This document shows positions 54,592 through 64,000 of a stretch of DNA of 64,000 nucleotides, in pieces (within the stretch, counting starts at the first letter, position 1; every line of letters begins with the position of its first letter). The notes under the pieces are model-generated. The model had not been told where the DNA came from. It did not search any database and worked only from the letters and a program-made list of their open reading frames with translations. The stretch is from positions 70,224,788 through 70,288,787 of the forward strand of contig CM120640.1 in NCBI GenBank assembly GCA_051362555.1, read 5' to 3'. The position numbers and the translations under genes are program-made. This stretch comes from Lingula anatina. Its lineage: Eukaryota; Animalia; Brachiopoda.

Positions 54592-57500
54592 CACTCACTG
54601 ACAGACACGCACATACTTACCTTTCGTTTTGGGGGATACTCCTCCAGCCTACATGTAAGTTTTCTCATTTTTTACATGCACAGCTTGTTATTTAAGTCTG
54701 AAGGCTGCGTAATTTTTTTGTGTAAACATGTTAGTCGGGTTGGATAGTTACTCGATAAAAACGATAATCTTGGTAGAGTTTCCACGCAGCTAAGTGCACT
54801 ATTTATCACTGTTAAGATGATAATATAGACGTAACCTATGAAAAGGGATTAAGTTAATCGCAAACCTTCCTGGCGACCTAGGAAAGCTGGGCATTGCAAG
54901 GCTCGCTTGACAATCGGGTAATGGTACTTTAATTCTGATTGATAAGTAATTTGTAGTTTGCTAGAGGTTCATTATTTCCCGATCTATTTTCTATTCGCTT
55001 CATCACAAATGGCCAAGTCATCTAACACTAAATGGCTTTCGTGAATTAATTTGAAGAGCCTATAGATATATAGAGTACGTGTAACCCCGTGTTTAAATGA
55101 CTCTGAGAACGATTTAACCATCGCACTGTTACTTATACCATCCTGCGTTTAGCTTGTTTAGATTTTTACCAAGTCACAAGAGGCTTTTAACTTTTAAAGG
55201 AAGTAAGAGGTTTTTAAAAAATATTAATCCTCTAGCTGTATCCAGTTTTAACTCTCAATTAAAAATAATTGCAATTACCTTTTAATACACAATATCCATT
55301 TTATTTTCACATCCTTAACTTCAGGATTTCATTTATCATTACTATTTTAAATAACTTTTAAGAGCTACATTAGTATTCAAATTTCTGGTATATATTTTGT
55401 ACATGTACATATATATTAGCTGAATAAATAATATTATAATGCTAAGGTACCACCTTACTGATATGACTGCAGCTTGATCCTCTCAATTAATAGAACGGTT
55501 ATGCCTCAATTTATCAATCACATTCAAATTATTAATTACCCAATTATTTGACCATGTCATTTTAAGAGCACTTTGTTACGCTTGACATTCGCTTTTGCCT
55601 TGTTCAGTAATATGATTTATGTACGTATGTGTACGGTCATTTACGAAGTAGACTTGGTGCTTGCTTGTTTACTTACTTTGTGAAGGACGATTAATTGGAA
55701 TGTGTGTTTATGCATGGAAAAATATAGATGTATGAATAGGTGTAAATATTTCAATCAAGTATTTTAATACAATAATAATACAATAAGAATGGCAACCAAA
55801 GTAGGTTAAAACCTACATGTACATAGGTTGCGATAGTGGTTAAGTGGTAAGCATGAATTGCACTTGAGGATGATTAGCATGGTAGATGTAGGATAGATGA
55901 AAGTGGAATAAAATCAAAACAATCAAGTGAAATTTGCTATTAACAGATTAGATGGAGGCGGCACTCCAGTGTTTGTGACCGTCTACCGGCTATGTAAATT
56001 CACTTATCTACCAAAGAGGGCAAATATTGATGAAAACAAAGTGCAACTGGCAAGCATGCAATAATCTTTCTCGCTAATTGACTCAGAAATATAGGCCACC
56101 TGGTGAGAGTCAATTGCTTCCTTCATTCATGGTTGTTTTCCTTATTCCGTTCTGGAACATTTTACTGGGTATAATTTTGTTTTAATAATTTAATTGTTAT
56201 CTGTTTGTTTGTATTGCATTTATTCATTCGTTTATCTATGGTATCTGTAAATTCTTTCATCTATTTATTCACATCAATTTTGGTTATATTTGTATATTTA
56301 GTTATTTTGTGTTTAATTTTGGATGAAGTCCTTTTGCGGGGGAGGGGGGGCGGCTAGTCATCCGTCTTCTGAACTCGTTCTGAGGATTGCAGCACTATGT
56401 TAAATGATGCCAAAGATAAAACATGCGCGCATCAACGGCCTTCAAATAGAAAGGTCCTACATGTCTTGGACAAAATGACGAATTATTATGTCCAAGTACA
56501 TGTATACTATAGTGCCTTATTTTTGGGATAGGTGGATTGTTAATAATTCAAGGTGCATTAGTTGGAATATTTTGCAGCACGTTCAAATTATTTTTCAAAT
56601 AAAAATTTTATTATGTAAGAGACGTGATAAACCTGGCTATGCGCTGAGAGCCTGATAGCCTCTTTGCAACCCAACAAATTAAAATATGTGCACTATTTGT
56701 TTGGATATTATATATTTAAAGGGTTTGAGACACGTTAAATCCTATTTCTCGAATTTCGTAGATAAAGCACTCAATCTGCACACTAGAGGCAGTGGAGGAT
56801 GGGCCAACAAAGATAATTTGGAAGACTGTCAGAAAATATCCCTGCTGGACGATCGGGGATTCTGTGCACCGCCGTAATATCATCAGCCGTTATCTGTACT
56901 TCTCAGTGTTCCTTAAAGACCTTGCATTCAACATCCCAAATGTGCTCATGTTCCTTCCCTAACACCCCGTAGAATTTCCGGGGGTATTGTTCATATAGTT
57001 AGCCATTTTGATGGCATATTTTTTAGAAATGTTTCAATTGGTTTCTGTAACCAAATACTTCATACATTTAACGATAAAGAAAAGTCATATTGGTCACTTA
57101 GTTATTTGTTCCAGAGATACATCTGATGACCAGTTGATCAAACGAAGTATGTGTGCGTCTAGAATGTTTATTTTGTAAAATAAACATTCTAGACGCACAC
57201 GTACTTCGTTTGACCACGTAGCTCATCAACTCTCAAACCTAGCGAAAAGGACTCTTTTTGGAAGCTAGATATTTACAGAATGAACTTCCATTTTGTGTAC
57301 GTTGTTAAAGAAATAGTTATTTGGGCATGTTTTCTGAAGGATATACTCCGTTCAAGCCATTCTGACGGTCTGTCCGAAAATTCAGAAACATCATTTTTGA
57401 ACTAGCGATTTTGATAAAAATTGTAAGACAGATCTAATCACTATATGAGTAGAAAAAAAAAGGGTAATCCTGTTCGTTTGCGTGGCGTCCTTAAAAGCGT

Positions 57501-58837
57501 CACGGAGTTTTGTAAATGAGTCATAAATACATTACGTCGCAAAAGTCTAAGTGTCACCGAGCGTTCTTTGCTAAACGCAACGTTTTTTTTTTTTTTTACA
57601 TATTTATAACGTTTCCATCAAAAGAACAACAAAGCTTTCATTAAAGGGTGAATAACATATTTTATTGCATCTTACAGTTTGATCATTAGTCGCTACCGTA
57701 AATGAGAGAGCCTCTTTAAAAGGCAAAAAATTTCAGGCCTAAATCTAACGTATTTCCAGTATTCAACATCATCCTGTGTTATGAACTAAATTACATCATT
57801 CTATTAAGAGAATTTTTCAATAAAAGCAGCCGTCAAGTTTCAAACATCATACTTGTGTTTGTCTTTCATTGTTTATTTCGTGTGTGAATGAGGAGACTAA
57901 ATATTTTTATCCTTTCCCATGTTTGGTTTGTTACTGTGAAATATATAAGGCTACGTAACAAGTAGTGGCATGTAACAATGCTAGAGGGCGCTAAAATCGG
58001 CAAAAGTAGCAAAAATGCCGAATCCACCATTTTCATTGGTGAAGACCAGGGATTTTGTGATTTTTAAATTTTAGATATTAAAACTGATTTTTTTATACAA
58101 GTCACATAAAATTATCCTTTGGCAGAAAAACGGCCCATCTTCCATGCAGCTAGGAAGGAGGGAGAATATATGCATAAAGTGTCGAATATCATATCCAAAA
58201 TGAATATGAAATTCATCATGTATAGGCCTAATGCAGAAAATATTCGCAAACAGGGAATTTAGAATAATGGTAATAAAAAAATAATAATAATTGAAACATA
58301 ATTTATTACTTTGTATGACTATATTTCTATGTATGAAACTGAATACACGAGACTCTTAATAAGCACCATAAAAATATTTTAGTGCATCCCATGTCAACGT
58401 AACTGCATTTTAGTAACAAGTTTCTTATTTAATATTTCAAACTACTCATCAGTTACACGTATACTGATTGGGCTATGAATAATGATTAATTAATGCTTTT
58501 GCAAATGACATAGTATATTTCATTTTTATATGTATAATAAAAGATTATGATCCGGAAAGCACTTCCTGTAAGACAAATTAGATTATCTCTTATCCCTTAG
58601 CGACATACGAGGAATGCTTATTCAGAGTATTATTGTCAGGTAAAATTTAAAATTTAAGGTTTGAATGTTACAAAATTTTGAGTATTTGTCATATAAAAAT
58701 GGGCAACTGAGCTAAAATGTCCATTTTCGCACCTTTCGCCTACTTCAGCGCCCTCTGGTAGTATTATGACCCATTGTTTTCTGAGGACGACACTTTAAAA
58801 CGAACCCATGTGGATTGTATTATCATAATATGATGTC

Positions 58838-59023
58838 AACCTAAATATAGGTCACTTAGGATATTAAAGTCACTTTACAAGCCTATTTCTATGCATTGCG
58901 TACATTTAGTAAAAAAGGGTCAAAATGCACTGAACCTAAATATAGGTCGCCTAGGTTATTAAAGTCACATTGCAAGCCTATTTCTAGGTATGGCGTCCAT
59001 TTTGTAAAACAAGAGTCAAAATG
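58838..59023. repeat. Diverged ~95-bp tandem duplication
   Basis: AACCTAAATATAGGTC...ATTAAAGTCAC...CAAGCCTATTTCTA...GTCAAAATG occurs twice. Confidence 0.75.
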
Positions 59024-59195
59024 AAAAACCAGAGGTTACATGTACATGTGTATATTATTTATATTTGTTAAAAATATAACAGCCTTTTTCATGCCTACAT
59101 GTTAGGTAGATTATCGAATTGTTTTAGAACTCAATCACATTGGCATATCAGACCTCTCTTGTGCAAATAGTTCCAAAACGATTTACAAGACCGCT

Positions 59196-60503
59196 TTATT
59201 TCCTTCCTATGCCAAATCTAACTCGATGCACGCGATGGGATGGAATGTCACCTTGGCTGAGCTGTCGTAGTCGGGCTATTAAATCTTCAACTTTGTGCTT
59301 GCCACGCTTGGATAGGTATCCTGCAAAGAGAAACCAGTCAGTCAATTTCAAAATGGGGAGGGGGGGGGGGGGGGCTCTTTTTCTGAAAAAGTGTATCTTT
59401 ATATCCCCTTAGGCCTACTAGTAAAAACTGAAAAATGACATGACCAAACTTTGATTCAGAGCGGACCTTTTCGAACCCTCGACAACCCCCCCCCCCCCCC
59501 CCGTATTCCTACGGGACAGAGAAGTAACCTTCCTTTGCAAATAACTTTATACTAGGAATGTATGTATGAAGCGAAAAGTTACTCTTGTTACAATATTGTC
59601 CCCCATACGACTGTAAACTCAGGTAGACAAGATGTATTTGGAATATATCCACGCTAACTGTGTTTTAAAGTTATTTCAATAAAATAGATTAAACTCAACC
59701 ATTCAATTTTACCAATGAAACAATAACTTCAATCTGAGGATTTGTTTTCTATAACCAGCTTAGTTTACCGCACTTGGGGACACATAATTTTACCATATTC
59801 TATACACACAGAGCTCGAGCGTTTTACCATCTTCTACCCCGTTTTATGTCATTCATTTGATGCATACACAGTTCTACATCATTGCAAAGGCAGTCAGTTA
59901 TGATAGCGTATTTATGATGTATTCTGAGAACATTTACAGACCTTAAAGGGATAATAACTCTTCGTTTCGGCCAAAAAATGAATTTTCCTGGAGTAAACAA
60001 CAATTTTCCCATACTTACCAATGGTTAATGAATCCATTTTTACATTCAAAGTTAGTCCCTGTTTTTTTTCTAAAAAGTTTGGTTTTTTGTTAAAATCTCT
60101 TAAGAGATTTTAACAGAGTATAGCCATCAATGGAGGTCACGTTGTCTAAAGACAAGCTCAGATATCAGAAAAAATAGCTATAACTGCCTTTTTTGTGGTA
60201 AAACAGAATATATTATATTTCTATGAGTTATTCACAATGTTTTTATTGTGAAATATAGATCTCATACGAAGAGTTATTATCCCTTTAAACAAATGAGGCA
60301 CTTATGCTAAGATTAAATTAACAACTTTGTAAAGGCAAACCGTCAGCAATTGATAGCCGGGGTCAGTAATAAGTTATAGTTGCACCATGTTCATATTTCA
60401 TAAAGTGTCAATTTCCACCCACCTGATCTCACGTTCACAGCGTCCTGGGGTATCAGACTGTCTCCGTATTGGTACGGATTAACACCGGCGTAAGTCAATT
60501 GGT
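59196..60503 (-). CDS. 3' part (last two exons) of a putative amidated neuropeptide precursor
   Basis: Exon 60503-60423 (TTTGCAG acceptor, GTGGGT donor, phase 1-1; QLTYAGVNPYQYGDSLIPQDAVNVRSG) splices in frame to exon 59320-59196 (TTTGCAG acceptor; YLS-KR-GKHKVEDLIARLRQLSQGDIPSHRVHRVRFGI-GRK*). The signal-peptide exon was not identified. Confidence 0.68.
59947..60284 (-). mobile_element. ~338-bp MITE with TTAA TSD (Kolobok/T2-like), copy 2
   Basis: Same TIR with an intact TTAA on both sides. Lies in the intron of the candidate neuropeptide gene. Confidence 0.87.
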
Positions 60504-61468
60504 CTGCAAAGACAAAATATCAAATCTCAAATCACTGTCTCTTAATAACGATGTCTGTGTTCTGGGTTGAAAATGAAACCGAATCAGACATATCGATATG
60601 GTGTACCTGGTTTGATCCTCAATTATTGATCTTAGTTTTCATATAATCCACGCTGACTTAAAAGTATATGTAATTAACAGTTACAGGTAGCGTCAGTGCA
60701 AGAGCTACTAGTAATATTTAAAATTTTCTGGTAGAAACCAGAAAAATTACTTAATTCACATCAAAACTTGATCAGAACTTAAAATGACAATTTATGGAAA
60801 AAAAATCATAACTCCCCCTAGGAGGGAATAGGCCAATGCATTAAACTCCTTTTGTCCAATGAAAACTGACTTGTTAGGGCCCACTGTAGTAGATTAATGA
60901 TGTGAAATGTTCTTCATAAAGTGCAGTTTGTCGGCGTGCACAGGTGGTGTATGTGGGATTTCTGGATTACTTAAGAGATAATGTGAACGCTGTCATTGTT
61001 AATGTATGACCATGGCTATAATATATAGCACAGTAGTATCAGCGGAGGACATGTAGCTTGCATACACAAAGGGGTGTGACCTGGTGTGCATAAGAGGATT
61101 CGGAGAAGAAATAATCATGATCAATGAATACATTAAGCATAATTTGATAGATTTTTTTTTTGAGGAAATTGCGCGCCACACCAACTCATTAGTAAGCCTT
61201 GTATAAAATGTTACAATACTTTCTATCATAGCTCTCTAACGGTTGATAAAAATGCTTGGCGGGTTAAAAAAAATTCTTAAGTTCCTTTAAAATAAGGCAG
61301 TTTTAATATTAATATAGGATACGTAACGAATACACTACATACGTAAAAGGCAAGTGATGTCAGATGTGCCAGCTAAAGATTAACGTCATGAAGATTGTAA
61401 CAAGGAAAGGGATTGGCATTCGTTGAGAAACTCATTGTCTCTGTTGAGTCTGTTTTTAAAGTGTCTTA

Positions 61469-61683
61469 GGCTCTATTCCCATAGATTTCAGATCGATCTA
61501 TCCCCGCGGGGAGTCTCACTAGATTACTTTCAGATAATCCGACTTAAATGTCCGTCCCGCCTACTACAAGCTGTAAGGAGATAATTAACTTTCGTGTCCG
61601 CCCGGCTGACAGCTATTTAGCGTGAACCCCCAGGGAGTTAGGTCGATCTAAAGTAGGTCGATCTAATCTATGGAAATGGGGTG
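61469..61683 (+). mobile_element. 215-bp PIF/Harbinger-like MITE, copy 2
   Basis: TTA TSD. Only a few substitutions relative to 44693-44907. Confidence 0.85.
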
Positions 61684-62579
61684 TTATATTTTTATGAACT
61701 TCTGTTCGACAGTGCGTATTTTTGTCTCGCGTATGCGTCCTTTTAAAACGGTGACTGTAATGTCATTGGCAGAATGATGAGGAGTGCTGAAATGTTGTCC
61801 CAGTGGCACGAAGTGTTTTTGTTCTTTATTGTGCTACAGTGTTGCCTGATGCAATATTTTAGTTTCTGACACGTGTCTCCAACATTCATCTGATTGCATT
61901 TTTCACAGTGGACTTCTCTAGAGATCACGTTACGTGGATTATCTGGAAATCATGACAAGTAGGCGTAACAGTTGGCTTGAATCCTTTTAAACTGTCAATT
62001 TGTCTCAAGGAAAAAACAACTGCAAAGCACTGCGTCTCCAGTTACCGTAGAGATATATCGCACAGTGCTCACTCCAAAATAAGTGAGTGAATTGTTTAGA
62101 TTTAGCTTTTTCTTCTTATGTCCCCTTTCATTTGAGAGGGCACGGAAAGACAAGGCAAAGACACTTGTCTGCTTTGGACAGTTTTAGTTACCTCTAAGAG
62201 TTTTAATAGTGTAAGATCCAATATATGCAGGGCTCTTGTTTCAATGTGTATTACATGTAACAACAAGTTAGTAGCTCAGAAAGAACATCTTTTTTGTAAT
62301 TCAAATGTATAATACTCTAATTCACATGGTGTCGTAACCTTATCTCCAGTACTTGTTTATGTCTTAAACAACTTCTCATGGTCCCATTCAACATGTCTTA
62401 AGGACAGTGGGATCAAATAAGAGACTGCGAGATCTTCATTAGCACATTGTAATACGATATTTATCAGATATGCAATATGTCCGCTGTTACAGTGTAACAA
62501 AGGCTTCTCCGATTCTTGGAAGTAACACTTAATTAAAAAAAAATCTTTTCCTCAGTATTCACGAAATAGTTATTTCTTA

Positions 62580-62796
62580 GGGTGCATTCCCAGAGATTTA
62601 GATCGATCCAGAGATTTAGATTTAGATCGACCTGGGGCTTCACGCTAAATTGCACTCAGCCGATCGCGCACCATAGTTAATTACCCCCTTACAGCTTTTA
62701 GTAGGCGGGACAGACGCTTAAGCCGACTAAGCTGACAGTAATCTAGTGAGACTCCCCACAAGGATAGATCGATCTAAAATCTATGGGAATGGGGTC
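62580..62796 (-). mobile_element. Diverged inverted member of the same MITE family
   Basis: TTA TSD. Its reverse complement aligns by eye to 61469-61683 (GTAGGCGGGAC, CACGCTAAAT, CTAGTGAGACTCCCC, GATCGATCT). Confidence 0.78.
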
Positions 62797-63161
62797 TTAT
62801 ATTAAATCGGCTACTGCGCGTATTTTTATGCTGATACACCTCAATGTAGTGATTATCGTCGCAGACTTAAAAGAAACATTTGTGTAGAATATACAAATCA
62901 GTTATTTAAAATATTCACCAGATATCCTTGGAGTCCCTATTCATCGTGAATTTAGAGGTTTGAATTAGAACCAAACGCTGATAGAGCTAAGTAACTGACG
63001 AATGCCTGTCGTCGTAATGTCTAATGCAGTATATTGTCACAGTGCCGTGTACTAGAGCTTCAGAGGGGTTTTCACTCGATTTTCCAGATATTGATTAATC
63101 GTCTTCTTGTTATTGTGAGTGTTATTGTGAGTGTGTGTTTTTGCACTGGTATGTCGACTTA

Positions 63162-63385
63162 GACTCCGTTCACATGAAAAATCTATTTTCTAAAAATCTA
63201 TTTTCTATTCGCGGTATCTTGTGATCACTCCGAGCGCAGCCGAGAATTAATAACAGGCTTGGAAGTAACTGGCTCGCGCTGCCAGTAATTACGCCGCGGG
63301 GTATTCAGGGCACAGACTGTGATCACAAGATACCGCGAATAGAAAATAGATTTTTAGAAAATAGACTTGTCATGTGAACGGAGCC
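63162..63385. mobile_element. Palindromic Harbinger-like MITE
   Basis: GACTCCGTTCACATGA...TCATGTGAACGGAGCC, arms of ~65 bp, flanked by TTA/TAA. Confidence 0.8.
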
Positions 63386-63405
63386 TAATACCATTGGCAC
63401 TCTAG

Positions 63406-63639
63406 GGCTGCGTTCACATGGAGAATCTATTTTCTAAAAATCTAAATATCTATTTTCGGTATCTTGTGATCACGGTCTGTGCCCTGGATACCCCGCGGCG
63501 TAATTACTGGCAGCACCGAGAATTAATTACAGCTTTGGTTATTACGCTGTGGGGTATTCAGGACACAGACCGTGATCACAAGATACCGAAAATAGATTTT
63601 TAGATTGTTAGAAAATAGATTTTTCATATGAACGGTCCC
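63406..63639. mobile_element. Second, related palindromic Harbinger-like MITE
   Basis: GGCTGCGTTCACATG...CATATGAACGGTCC(C), flanked by TAG/TAG. Its interior is homologous to 63162-63385. Confidence 0.8.
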
Positions 63640-64000
63640 TAGGTCTTAAAATCGCCGAATATGCCGATAGGATGTAAACTTTATTATAGACAAAAATAAA
63701 ATACTTCTTGTTTCAACAATATTTCTTTTTAAATACATTTATAGCGATCAAAATTAAAAAATTTGCCAGGGAAAGCCCGTTTTTACACAGTGCCACAGTG
63801 CCAAGTGGAGCCGATATTGTATTTAAAGAGAAAAAGCGTCAAGAACGCTATCATGGTCACGACAATGTTTCGTCTGATATTCGCGTAAGTTTAAAGTAAG
63901 TATTTGTTCAGAACTTTCGAACAACATCTTACATACAATCAAAACGCTTCAAAATTGGCTTATCTTAACTTCCATGTGATGCAAACAAACCTAACTTTCA

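Noticed and set aside
57981-58758. CTCF-like sites CTAGAGGGCGCT / AGCGCCCTCTGG
   Set aside because: They form an inverted pair extended by further complementary sequence, which fits the sub-terminal repeats of a DNA transposon. Boundaries and TSD could not be defined.
63790-63855. MIAFLTLFSLNTISAPL... as the signal-peptide exon of the neuropeptide candidate
   Set aside because: Weak hydrophobic core, weak donor and repeat-like surroundings. It cannot be supported without transcript data.

Overview
AT-rich, intron-rich animal genomic DNA, probably an invertebrate; a mollusc or other lophotrochozoan is my inference only. Spliced gene models were built by hand from GT-AG junctions and phase. 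(1) Two tandem minus-strand SLC13 di/tricarboxylate transporter paralogues of 14 coding exons each: copy A 5479-24014 and copy B 26168-37032. Copy A carries a tandemly duplicated exon 7. (2) RPL26 (minus) lies head-to-head with ACADSB (plus), with only ~85 bp between the RPL26 TOP start and the ACADSB ATG. (3) An intronless 475-aa ORF (minus). (4) The last two exons of a probable amidated neuropeptide precursor (minus, 59196-60503), which the ORF track misses. The most striking non-genic element is a complete 323-bp miniature LTR retrotransposon (TRIM) in ACADSB intron 1. Each of its two 132-bp LTRs contains a full tRNA-Thr-like cloverleaf, and it has a tRNA-Leu primer-binding site, a polypurine tract and a 4-bp TSD. 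The window also holds a decayed CR1-group LINE, many palindromic MITEs (PIF/Harbinger-like and Kolobok-like) and tandem repeats. Most ORFs in the supplied track are exon fragments or noise.
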